The notes beneath the pieces were generated by a model. That model saw only the letters and a program-made list of their open reading frames with translations. It ran no database searches and was not told where the DNA came from. The translations under genes were made by a program, and so were the position numbers. A stretch of 32,000 bases of DNA from IMG/VR virus record IMGVR_UViG_3300045988_016577, positions 2 to 32,001 of that record. One strand, given 5' to 3'. This stretch comes from a virus. Positions 14,887 through 23,459 of the stretch are shown here, piece after piece; within the stretch, counting starts at the first letter, position 1, and the number at the start of each line of letters is the position of its first letter.

Positions 14887-15267
14887 TTATTCCTCCTTTT
14901 TGGTATATGAAAATGAAAAATCCAGCACAATGTGAATCAATGGCTGGACGTCTGTATTATCTGGTAAGACTTGCTTGTCTGTCCCAGTCTTCAATAAGTT
15001 GTATTCAAACCCTTTAATTCGTTCGCTAGCTTGTTCCAACGTCTGACAGTGAGCGTCTAGCTCTGCACGCTGAACTCTAGTCCCGTAGATATGGACGGTT
15101 TGTCTTATCGTTCCAAAATTGTCGTTATTGAGCGTAGGCGCTGAGCTATTCTCACCGATGAAAGCGAAGGGATAGCTGGCGGATGAATCGGGTAAGTAGT
15201 CATAAGTTGCCAATGTTTCGTCAGCAATAGCGAATAGATTTCTGAATAAGTCGTGGCTAGGTGTCAT
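14887..15267 (-). CDS. Tail terminator / tail completion protein
   Basis: 126-aa ORF between the gp10-like protein and the major tail protein. Assigned by position only. Confidence 0.55.
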   Translation of the reverse strand: MTPSHDLFRNLFAIADETLATYDYLPDSSASYPFAFIGENSSAPTLNNDNFGTIRQTVHIYGTRVQRAELDAHCQTLEQASERIKGFEYNLLKTGTDKQVLPDNTDVQPLIHIVLDFSFSYTKKEE

Positions 15268-15617
15268 TTAAAGGCTCCTTCCATAACTTTCCGAATTTGC
15301 TCCGTGAAGTAAGGCTCGATTTGTTGCATCATTGGACGCATAAACGGCTTGCCGGGCTGATAGCGTGTGCCAAACTCTTGGAATCCGCTATAAGAGGCGG
15401 CTGAATGAATGTGCGATTCCTCGCCCATGTGCCTAGTGGTGATGTTAGCTCTCAAGAAGCCGGTATCAACTGGCGCAAGCCCTTTTGAAATGCTCTTGCC
15501 TTTCTCGGCTGAGTTTTTAAGAGCATTTTGAGCTTGTGTTCTAACTCCTTGACTTGCTTTGTTCAAAGCGGCAGCGAGGACTGTGTCCCCTCTCCACTCG
15601 ATTGTGAAATTAGCCAT
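15264..15617 (-). CDS. HK97 gp10-family head-tail joining protein
   Basis: 117-aa ORF with the motifs PVDTGFLRANIT and EFGT, characteristic of the HK97 gp10 family. Confidence 0.7.
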   Translation of the reverse strand: MANFTIEWRGDTVLAAALNKASQGVRTQAQNALKNSAEKGKSISKGLAPVDTGFLRANITTRHMGEESHIHSAASYSGFQEFGTRYQPGKPFMRPMMQQIEPYFTEQIRKVMEGAFK

Positions 15618-15918
15618 TTAGCTCACCTCGTTTCAATCGAATTGCCCCTTTTATCGGTGCGTCAATGCGTTCGATAGGATAATACTTCTTACCCTCGTAC
15701 AGAGCGTAGTCAAACGGCTTCTGCTCTTTACTGAATCGGCATATCATGACCACGTCGGACCTACTCCCGTAGGCTTCAAACGCACGTTGTTGGTCAATAA
15801 AGTTGACTAAACAAGGCACAATCTTGCTAGACTGCGCCTTTTCTTCGTGCTTATCAGTAATCGGGTTGTAAGTCGAAACGCCTTGTTTCACTAGCTTGAT
15901 GCGGTGCGGTGTTTTCAT
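15610..15918 (-). CDS. Head closure / head-tail adaptor protein
   Basis: 102-aa ORF in the connector cluster, overlapping both neighbours. Assigned by position only. Confidence 0.55.
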   Translation of the reverse strand: MKTPHRIKLVKQGVSTYNPITDKHEEKAQSSKIVPCLVNFIDQQRAFEAYGSRSDVVMICRFSKEQKPFDYALYEGKKYYPIERIDAPIKGAIRLKRGELNG

Positions 15919-16262
15919 AGGAATTTCACCTTACCTTTTCGAGCTAATGAACCATCAAGACCGAAATCTTTATCCAGAATCTTTCTGTAAGGCTTGAACA
16001 TGTCGTCCCAATCCTCGTAGGTGACTGAATAGCCGTCTACGTTTTCGGTTTTGACACCCTCTGACCCCTTACGACCATAGAGTTTGTAAACCACATTTTC
16101 GATGATGAAATGATATTTCTTGTCAATCTCGGTTGTTCCGACTAATGCTTTGAAATAACTCTCAGCGTCGTTGACTAAGTCTTCAATCAATTCATCCTCA
16201 AGATCGTCTTCAACGTCGATACCCAACCGACGCTTAATCTTTTCGAGCTGGATATCGTTCAT
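15915..16262 (-). CDS. gp6-like head-tail connector protein
   Basis: 115-aa acidic ORF. N-terminal helical region (IKRRLGIDVEDDLEDELIEDLVNDAESYF) is typical of gp6-like connectors. Confidence 0.6.
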   Translation of the reverse strand: MNDIQLEKIKRRLGIDVEDDLEDELIEDLVNDAESYFKALVGTTEIDKKYHFIIENVVYKLYGRKGSEGVKTENVDGYSVTYEDWDDMFKPYRKILDKDFGLDGSLARKGKVKFL

Positions 16263-16263
16263 T

Positions 16264-16536
16264 TTAGACCTCCTCCGCAGCCTTTAGAAGTTCTTCTAAA
16301 TCTGCTTTCTTTGCTTTGGCATCGTACTCGACACCAGCTTCATCAAGTTTTGCTTTGAGCTCTTTGACTGTAAGCTCTTTTGACGGCTCGACTGGTTCGA
16401 TACCGCCTTTTTCAAGAACCTCTGCCACGCGCTCTTTAGATGGCTCATAGCCTTCTCGTGGATAAACTTCCCCGACTTGGTAGATATACTCGTTATCTTG
16501 CAAGTCACGGAATGTGATCTTAGCTTTATAGGTCAT
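16264..16536 (-). CDS. Small head-associated protein with a C-terminal HeH/SAP-like motif
   Basis: 90-aa ORF. TVKELKAKLDEAGVEYDAKAKKADLEELL resembles the Rho-N/HeH helix-extension-helix motif. Confidence 0.55.
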   Translation of the reverse strand: MTYKAKITFRDLQDNEYIYQVGEVYPREGYEPSKERVAEVLEKGGIEPVEPSKELTVKELKAKLDEAGVEYDAKAKKADLEELLKAAEEV

Positions 16537-16549
16537 TTAAACCTCCTGA

Positions 16550-17482
16550 CTAGACTCCTACTGGTTGGATTGCTGCAAATGCTTCGTCGTTTGGAATCGC
16601 TACGGCAATTTCAAAGATAGCACGGAGTGCTTGCATGTCTTGTTCGAACAAATGAACGTCACCAGAATCAAGTGTGCCATCATTTTGAACCTTAGACAAA
16701 GTAGCTTGGTCTGCGATTTTAAGACGCAAGTTAGTTCCGTTTGGAATACCGTACACCAAGCCATTGAAGTTACCAGTAATCAACGTACCTGCTGGGTAAG
16801 TTTGCCCGTCTTGCAATTGAAGTTGTGAATATGGAAGACCGTCAAGTTCACCGATTGCATTAGGGTTAGCTGGTTTAGTGAAGATGTGTTGACCACCGTT
16901 AACATTGTCGACAATCCCACGAAGTGTGCGGTTGATAGTGCGGTGACCTACGAATGCGTTAGGTTCTTTTTCTGATTTATCCTCAACATCGTAGATGTTA
17001 TTGAGGTTGATGTCCCCAGATACGATGTTTTGAGCACGTTTAGCAGACGCCAAAACGTTGGCACCGAATGGGTTGTTATACAAACCGAGGAATGCTGCCC
17101 CGTCGATTTTTTTGTTAAACAAGTCAACAATCTTATCCTTGATTGATTCGAAGAAGTCAGTCCAAGTGTAGTTGAGGACTTCTTCTGTAACTGGCAAGAT
17201 AACCGCCAACTTACGAGATTCAAGAACGTAAGATTTAGTTTGTACTTTTGCAGTACCAATTTTTTGACCTTCACCCACAAAATAAGCGTCTGTCAATTGA
17301 CCAACTTCAACACCTTTACGGACCATTTTGCCGTCCATTTCAACTTTTTGGCCAAGTTGGATGACTTTTGAAGTTTTAACGAGTTCGTCAGTGAATAGAT
17401 CAGTGATTTGTTCTGATGTGACCTCTTTTCCGAGGGAATCAGACAATAGGACTGTGTCTGGATTAAATTTTTGTTGAGCCAT
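16550..17482 (-). CDS. Major capsid protein
   Basis: 310-aa ORF directly after the scaffold gene. Size and context fit an HK97-fold capsid protein. Confidence 0.85.
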   Translation of the reverse strand: MAQQKFNPDTVLLSDSLGKEVTSEQITDLFTDELVKTSKVIQLGQKVEMDGKMVRKGVEVGQLTDAYFVGEGQKIGTAKVQTKSYVLESRKLAVILPVTEEVLNYTWTDFFESIKDKIVDLFNKKIDGAAFLGLYNNPFGANVLASAKRAQNIVSGDINLNNIYDVEDKSEKEPNAFVGHRTINRTLRGIVDNVNGGQHIFTKPANPNAIGELDGLPYSQLQLQDGQTYPAGTLITGNFNGLVYGIPNGTNLRLKIADQATLSKVQNDGTLDSGDVHLFEQDMQALRAIFEIAVAIPNDEAFAAIQPVGV

Positions 17483-17500
17483 GCGCTCTCCTTTCTTAAG

Positions 17501-18052
17501 TTAGAAATTAGTGATTTTGGCTTTGTCAAACTTGTCTTTTCCACGATGTGAACGCCCTTCCTCTCCACCGCTTGTTCGAGGTGGTAGAGCTTTGGCTTCT
17601 TCTCGTTTCTGCGAGTTTAAGATGTTAGCCATATTTGAAACAGCTAACTTGGTAGCTTCTTCGTCACCTTTAACAACAAACGCAAGCGTTGACTCATTGA
17701 CAGGAACGCCTTGAGCTTCGAGCTCTTTAATAGCGATATCCTGCATTTGACGTTGAGCAATTTGAGCTTGAAGTGCTGCAATTGTGCTCTGTGCTTCTTC
17801 GAATTCTTTATCACGCTGTTTCTGTTGCAGCTCCTGAAGTTCTTCTTCGCTCATTTTAGCTTTAGCAACGGCTTCCTCGATTTGAGATTGAATACCGGTT
17901 TGCATATCAGCGATTTCAAGAGTATGTTTTTCTTCCATCTGCTTGAGTCTACGCTGCATCTCAGCAACTGACACCATTTTTTCCTCTTTTTCTGGTTGGC
18001 TAGCTTCAACCTCTTGAGGATTTTCGACTGTTTCAAGTTCTTTTTCTGCCAT
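17501..18052 (-). CDS. Capsid scaffolding protein
   Basis: 183-aa ORF, highly charged (Glu/Lys/Gln-rich) and helical, immediately upstream of the capsid gene. Confidence 0.75.
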   Translation of the reverse strand: MAEKELETVENPQEVEASQPEKEEKMVSVAEMQRRLKQMEEKHTLEIADMQTGIQSQIEEAVAKAKMSEEELQELQQKQRDKEFEEAQSTIAALQAQIAQRQMQDIAIKELEAQGVPVNESTLAFVVKGDEEATKLAVSNMANILNSQKREEAKALPPRTSGGEEGRSHRGKDKFDKAKITNF

Positions 18053-18138
18053 GATAGGCTCCTTTCTTTACGCTTTTACGAGCAACCCCCTCGAACTCAT
18101 GCAGCTTTTAATGTCGTCAGCACGGTCTGGACAAGGGG

Positions 18139-19095
18139 TTATTCACCCCAAACACCGTTAACAGCTTCTTCATCAAGAGTGCTGCCACCAGCTTTATATT
18201 CCATTTTGATATGTCCATACGCTGAACAACGACAGTTAGGGTGCATTGGGTACATGTTAACCCCTTTCTCTGCCTTGTTAATCGGTATGGCTTTTCTATC
18301 CAAAGGCTTACAGATATCGCAAGCCCCACTTTCAGCGACATAGATTAAATGCGTGAAGTCATTTTCCTTCAACATCATCAATTCTGTATCAGCATTAATG
18401 CGAGCTATTTCGGTTTTGAGCAATCGTTGGGCGTTGGCTTGGCTTGTGTTATATTTCTTAGCTAATCGCTGCCGTTCCTGCTTAAAACCGTCCATGTCGG
18501 TGAAGATACGTGCTAGCGAGCTAAACACATCCTTCTGCATACTTGCATGAAGTCCGTTCCTGCCCCAAACTCTGCGACTAAAATTCTGTCCGTAGAAATC
18601 AGCGTCTAAGATGGCTCTCATGCGGCTTACTGCATTGACGGCAGAATTGCCCAAAATACCCGCTTGGCGCTTAAATTCGGCTAAATATTCACTCTCACGC
18701 GCTTCGTCGAAGACTTCGTTAACGTCTGATATAAGGCTAGCTATTTCAAGCCTTAATTCTGCTTTGAGTAGTTCCAAACGGCTGACTTTCATTTTGAGGT
18801 TAAACAGTCTTAGCCATTGATTGGTGCCGTGTGAGAAATCTTTCTCGACTACTGCCTTCCTAGCTCGGTCCTTGTACTCAGTAACATCGAACTCACTAGC
18901 TCGCTTCGTAGCTTCGGCACGACTCAACCCCTCTTTGTCAGCGTAGCGCATGTAAAAACCGTTTATTTGGCTCTGCATGCGGTTATAAGACGCTTGATAA
19001 AGCTCTTTTAAAACCTTGTCCCGCTCTATGTCACGCTTGATTAGGTCTGATTGTGCTTTCCGCTCGGCATTGTAGCGTTCGTTATTCGTCATCAT
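18139..19095 (-). CDS. Head morphogenesis / minor capsid protein (SPP1 gp7 / Mu F-like)
   Basis: 318-aa ORF following the portal gene. C-terminal motif CDICKPLD...MYPMHPNCRCS is typical of the SPP1 gp7 family. Confidence 0.8.
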   Translation of the reverse strand: MMTNNERYNAERKAQSDLIKRDIERDKVLKELYQASYNRMQSQINGFYMRYADKEGLSRAEATKRASEFDVTEYKDRARKAVVEKDFSHGTNQWLRLFNLKMKVSRLELLKAELRLEIASLISDVNEVFDEARESEYLAEFKRQAGILGNSAVNAVSRMRAILDADFYGQNFSRRVWGRNGLHASMQKDVFSSLARIFTDMDGFKQERQRLAKKYNTSQANAQRLLKTEIARINADTELMMLKENDFTHLIYVAESGACDICKPLDRKAIPINKAEKGVNMYPMHPNCRCSAYGHIKMEYKAGGSTLDEEAVNGVWGE

Positions 19096-20581
19096 CCTCA
19101 GTACCTACAATCTGACTAACTTCTAGGTCAGTAGCCCCACCCTCTTTGAGTAAACGGCTCTTTTCTTTTCGGGCGTCTGTGAAGCTAGCTGATTCCATAA
19201 GCGTTTCTTGTGAGATTTCCATGCCTGAATTGATAGCAGATTGAATCTCAGCCCACACGTCCGTTGGTAGGTTCTCATGGAACGTGAATGTCAGCATGTC
19301 AGCGTCCACTGGTTCGATACCTTTGAGGTTGTTTGATAGCAACTCAAGCAGTTTATAGCGTCGTCTGAGTGCCTTAACAAAGAACCCACGCTTAACGGCT
19401 GTAACTTGCTGCAAGTCAACTAACTTGTAGCGGATAGCAATCCCAGACGTAGCTGAGAAAGTCGAATCGTCTTGCAAATTAGGCAGCCCGACAATGCGGA
19501 AGAAGTCTTTAATCAAGCGTGACTTATACGCCTCAACACCGCTGACATCGTATTGCTTGTAGATATAACCGGCATCTAATGACGTTTGCTGTCCGTTGTG
19601 TCCAACACCGCTCTCAAGCACTAGCATGTTAGCGTGTTTCATTTTCATGATGTCAGACGCATTCATGCCGGTACTTTCGACGTCACCTTTGATAACAAGC
19701 ATGGCATCGTTAAGGTCTGACATATAGTTAGCTGTGTCAGATTCTGCTGCGTCGTAAGCGTCGATGATTGGAATACCTTTCTCCCAGTCCCCCGAACGCT
19801 CTCGGTTGTTCTGCCACTCGACCACTGGCACCATACCAAACGGGTTTTCTTTTCGCTCGATTTCCTGCCAGTTCGGATCATAGCTAACAATCTTGTTATC
19901 AGTGTATACTGTGACAAACATTTCACCGTTGTACACCGGGCAATGCACAGCCGCAACGATGTCCTTTCGGACGTCTGCGCTACGAATAGTGAACATCTCC
20001 CTTGCGTCAATCAAGACCACTGCGGGATTGCCAAACTCGTCATAATAATGCAGCTCGAATGCTCGTCCAAAGCGTGAAGCGTCATAGACCAGCTCACGGT
20101 TAAGAGCTTCAATATCGTTGTAAGCATTGAAATCGTCAATAGCTGTCAAGTTGCTGTTAGTGTCAGCAGCACCGATTGAAATAGGTTGCCCTACTGTATA
20201 TCCAGTGAAGAAACGGCTAGCTTGTCCGCCTAAATCGTGTCTAATGCGGTAGTCAGCCTTCTCTGGTTCTAGTCGCTTACGACCATTTAGAATCGTGTAG
20301 TTGTTCCCGTTTGAATAGCTCTCTAGGATGTTCAAACGCTCAATCTGTTCGTCTTGGAACTGAGCTACCATCTTCTCTAACTTCTCACGTCCTTGGAACG
20401 TGTCCACCAGGTCGTCTGCTGACTGAGCCATGAAGTGCGTGTTAGCTTCTTTTGCGAAACGAAGAAAATCTTCACGTTTCTGTAAGCTAGTTGGCTCCAT
20501 GTCCCGCTCGAATTGATACGATCTAGGGATATACTGTCCTTCATGTAAGATGTCGTCAGCACTATGTGTTGTGTTCGTCAT
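19082..20581 (-). CDS. Portal protein (SPP1 gp6-like)
   Basis: 499-aa ORF directly downstream of TerL, with an acidic C-terminus. Size and position are canonical. Confidence 0.85.
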   Translation of the reverse strand: MTNTTHSADDILHEGQYIPRSYQFERDMEPTSLQKREDFLRFAKEANTHFMAQSADDLVDTFQGREKLEKMVAQFQDEQIERLNILESYSNGNNYTILNGRKRLEPEKADYRIRHDLGGQASRFFTGYTVGQPISIGAADTNSNLTAIDDFNAYNDIEALNRELVYDASRFGRAFELHYYDEFGNPAVVLIDAREMFTIRSADVRKDIVAAVHCPVYNGEMFVTVYTDNKIVSYDPNWQEIERKENPFGMVPVVEWQNNRERSGDWEKGIPIIDAYDAAESDTANYMSDLNDAMLVIKGDVESTGMNASDIMKMKHANMLVLESGVGHNGQQTSLDAGYIYKQYDVSGVEAYKSRLIKDFFRIVGLPNLQDDSTFSATSGIAIRYKLVDLQQVTAVKRGFFVKALRRRYKLLELLSNNLKGIEPVDADMLTFTFHENLPTDVWAEIQSAINSGMEISQETLMESASFTDARKEKSRLLKEGGATDLEVSQIVGTEDDDE

Positions 20582-20582
20582 T

Positions 20583-21863
20583 CTATCTCCTTATCAGTTT
20601 GTTAACCCGTCTAATTTTAGCGTCTACGTCCGGTCTATCCTTGACGAAGATAAGATTTTGCAGTGCGTATCTAATAGCGTCGATACAGTGGTTGTAACTA
20701 TCACACGGCTTGTTGATGTACTCGTTTGTGTGTTTATCTTTCTGCCATGTATAGTTCTCAAGTTCCTCAATCGTCTTAACACATCTCTCATCAACGATGA
20801 TGTCGAATTGCTGCAAGAACTGAATTCCTTGAAGGACTGAACCTTTACCCTTATCTACTGGAATAGCTCTACGCAAGCCCAGTGTTTGAAGTTCAGCAAT
20901 AGACTTCTGCTCCGCTGAGTCAGCCATAATCACCTCTTTTGAATAGCCAAGACTAGTTATGGCTTCTGCTATTTGGTTGTTAAGCAGCCCCTTCTTGACG
21001 TATTCCTCTAGGATATATAGTCGCTTGTTCTCTCGGTCTATTTTGACGTGCATAAATGCCGTTGGGTCGTTAGTAAACCCAAAGTCCAGACCAAAAAAGG
21101 ACGGTAACTGTTTAAGCTCGTCCTTATTGAGTAATCTCTTTTCATACTTTGGAAATACTAGCTTATCAAGAGTGGCAAATTCACCTAGAGCATAGATTTT
21201 GTAGTACGCTTCGTTTCGGTTTGCTAGTTCCTCAATATTCTCCTTAGTCAAGTCGTCCAGGAACCGATTATCCTTATACGTTGTTTGGTAAACCACTGTA
21301 TTCTTAGGGTTCTTCACAAAGAACGCATTATATACCCAGTTAGCTTTAGACACCGGGTTAAACATTAAATAGATTTGTTTCTGTTTATGAGCTTTATCCC
21401 TCAAGCGAAGTGTCAGCTGCGTGTAATCATCGAGCGTAAACTCTGACGCTTCTTCCATAACCACGTCTGAAATGCCTTTGATAGACTTGATTTTCTCTGG
21501 GTTATCCATCCCTTTGAAAATCAATTCGGCACCGTTTGGCAACTCTATTCGGAATGCACTCATGTTAACCTTGCATAGATTAAGCACACCGAAATAAGAC
21601 AAGGCTGCCTGCACATCCGCAAACACCGAGTCACGAACAGTGGAACCTACTTTTCGCAATATCAATATTTTTCGGGGTTTGTCCCACTTTTTAAGAGCTT
21701 TAAGAACTATCTTCTGGAAAACCCCATGACTTTTACCGCTTGACGCTCCGCCGTAATGAACCTCAGTGAACGTGTCATAATCAAACAAATGCTCATAGAT
21801 ATGCCGATTAAACACCCTACTTGGGTTGATATCAAGATTAATCGTCATTCCATTCACCGACAT
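20583..21863 (-). CDS. Terminase large subunit (PBSX/Terminase_3-like)
   Basis: 426-aa ORF. Walker A-like GGASSGKS. The C-terminal nuclease region contains the DSAEQKSI motif. Overlaps TerS. Confidence 0.9.
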   Translation of the reverse strand: MSVNGMTINLDINPSRVFNRHIYEHLFDYDTFTEVHYGGASSGKSHGVFQKIVLKALKKWDKPRKILILRKVGSTVRDSVFADVQAALSYFGVLNLCKVNMSAFRIELPNGAELIFKGMDNPEKIKSIKGISDVVMEEASEFTLDDYTQLTLRLRDKAHKQKQIYLMFNPVSKANWVYNAFFVKNPKNTVVYQTTYKDNRFLDDLTKENIEELANRNEAYYKIYALGEFATLDKLVFPKYEKRLLNKDELKQLPSFFGLDFGFTNDPTAFMHVKIDRENKRLYILEEYVKKGLLNNQIAEAITSLGYSKEVIMADSAEQKSIAELQTLGLRRAIPVDKGKGSVLQGIQFLQQFDIIVDERCVKTIEELENYTWQKDKHTNEYINKPCDSYNHCIDAIRYALQNLIFVKDRPDVDAKIRRVNKLIRR

Positions 21864-22317
21864 TGATATTGATATCTTGCGTTACATCGGCTTCGACCTT
21901 ATCTGTCCACATTCTATAACGCTTACCGATATCAACTGCCGCAGCTCGACGGGTAGCGACGTTTGGTTTGGCTTGAGCAATACGCTGCATGCCTTCGCCG
22001 TCGAGAACAAGCAAAGGTTCTTTAACCTCACCACGCATTACCGCTGTGAGAAATTCCATGACCTCTTGTTGATCCGCGACACGTTCTGACTTCAATTTTT
22101 CAAGTTGCTCGTCTATATAAGCCTTGATGTTAGCTTTAGCAAGCAGTCTACTCCCATTAGCCTTTGCAACATCATTGTTCTTGATATTAGGATAAGCCTT
22201 CTTATACGCTTGCGAAGCATTTAGGCTGATGATGTACTCATCGGCAAACTTCATTTGTTTCTCGGTCATCCCATTTTCCATCAACTCCTTTCCGATACTG
22301 AAAAAGACAACCCACAA
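21838..22317 (-). CDS. Terminase small subunit (Terminase_2 / P27-like)
   Basis: Contains MTEKQMKFADEYIISLNASQAYKKAYP...SRLLAKANIKAYIDEQ. The start is ambiguous: TTG at 22317 (SD GGAGG 9 nt upstream), ATG at 22281 or ATG at 22269. Confidence 0.8.
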   Translation of the reverse strand: MWVVFFSIGKELMENGMTEKQMKFADEYIISLNASQAYKKAYPNIKNNDVAKANGSRLLAKANIKAYIDEQLEKLKSERVADQQEVMEFLTAVMRGEVKEPLLVLDGEGMQRIAQAKPNVATRRAAAVDIGKRYRMWTDKVEADVTQDININVGEWNDD

Positions 22318-22409
22318 AATGAGTTGCCTCCGTTTTTCTTCGATAATATAATAATACCACTTTAAACAGTTGTAAGATACCGTGCTTTATCCGTCAAAAT
22401 ACCGAAATT

Positions 22410-22826
22410 TCAGCATTCCACAACTAATTGACCATTTCTATACAATTCTGCAAATGCTAGGATAGCATTATTTAGCAATTCTTGAAAGGCTGTCCTTTCA
22501 AAACCGATTGCTTGGGCGATTTGCCAATTTGGTTTAGGTGGATAAGCTAGATATTTCTCTATCAGTATTCTGCGATAGTCTGGGCGATATAGCCCGCTAA
22601 CTGCTTGCTCTATGGCTTCTAGCTCGTTCAGTGCATCGACACGTCTGACTGCAATATTTTCCACTGGTCTGCTCACTCCACTGCCACCACGGGGCATAAA
22701 GGTGAATTCCTGTGTTATCTTTTGTTCAGCGCTATCGTGTGCAATCTCTCGCCATCGTGGATATTCTCGAAGTTTGCGCTTGCAACGTTTGATTGTTGCT
22801 TTTTCATCAATTTCTGGCAATATCAT
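22410..22826 (-). CDS. arpU: ArpU-family phage late transcriptional regulator
   Basis: 138-aa ORF just upstream of the terminase genes. The N-terminus (IDEKATIKRCKRKLREYPRWREIA) and the sigma-region-4-like C-terminus match the ArpU family as I recall it. Confidence 0.75.
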   Translation of the reverse strand: MILPEIDEKATIKRCKRKLREYPRWREIAHDSAEQKITQEFTFMPRGGSGVSRPVENIAVRRVDALNELEAIEQAVSGLYRPDYRRILIEKYLAYPPKPNWQIAQAIGFERTAFQELLNNAILAFAELYRNGQLVVEC

Positions 22827-23204
22827 TGTTCTATCCTCTTTGGTATAATAGTAGTGTTGACTTTCAAAGAGTGCCGGCCATTGTGTCGGTCTTTTTTATT
22901 TTGGCCCAAGAAACGTTAAGAGATTTTATTGAAAAGATAGAATACGTATTTATTCTTGGGGTTGTCTCTTGGGCCTTTTATCACCTCTTTTCTAGCCATC
23001 GACACCAGCAAGGTCTTTGGCTTTTATTTTGTAATGCGATATCAATAAGAAAGAGGGTGTTTCACATCCTTTTGTCTTAAATTTGCTGGGTTTGTTTGGA
23101 CAAGGTCTGTCAGCTTGTCCGGTGTTAAAAAGTGTTCAAGCCACTAAAAATCTATATTTATTTTTTAGCTTCATTTTTTATTTTTAGTGTATTTGACAGA
23201 CAAT

Positions 23205-23247
23205 GACTGGCAAGAGGAATCGAACCCCTTGAGTAACCATTCCAGCC
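23205..23247 (-). ncRNA. tRNA-like minihelix E2 (acceptor-like stem plus T-arm)
   Basis: Minus strand GGCUGG-AAUGGUUACUCA-AGGGG-UUCGAUU-CCUCU-UG-CCAGUC. A 6-bp outer stem and a 5-bp stem enclose the canonical T-loop UUCGAUU. No D or anticodon arm. Confidence 0.35.
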
Positions 23248-23417
23248 TGCGATAGATAAAATCATTATGGAGATATTTCTCCTTTTCAAGAATAAAGTAG
23301 TAGAATTATGGAAATTTTATCCAGTTTCGCATTGTGCATCCACGACCAGTCACGCTTCCGCTGATTTGAATGAAAAAAATAAAGGATTCCTCTTTTCTAA
23401 TATATATTGACTGGTAA

Positions 23418-23459
23418 TAGCTAGTGAGGGAGTTGAACCCTCGTAAACCGTTCTAGCTA
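23418..23459 (-). ncRNA. tRNA-like minihelix E1 (acceptor-like stem plus T-arm)
   Basis: Minus strand UAGCUAG-AACGGUUUAC-GAGGG-UUCAACU-CCCUC-A-CUAGCUA. A perfect 7-bp outer stem and a perfect 5-bp T-stem. It begins at the stop codon of the upstream CDS. Confidence 0.35.

Noticed and set aside
16948-17568. Nested same-strand ORFs (938..1126, 4916..5179, 10570..11031, 13616..13867, 16296..16508, 16948..17280, 17293..17568, 17851..18036, 18117..18341, 19663..20010, 20377..20562, 26559..26765, 26955..27158)
   Set aside because: They lie in alternative frames wholly inside, or largely overlapping, well-supported structural or replication genes. Their composition is atypical and they lack ribosome-binding sites.
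23205-23350. Canonical tRNA gene on the minus strand, suggested by GGTTCGATTCC
   Set aside because: Only a T-arm and an acceptor-like stem can be drawn. The best full-length acceptor pairing (ACTGGTC...TGCCAGT) spans 146 nt. No D arm or 7-nt anticodon loop with U33 can be formed. It is reported as a tRNA-like element instead.
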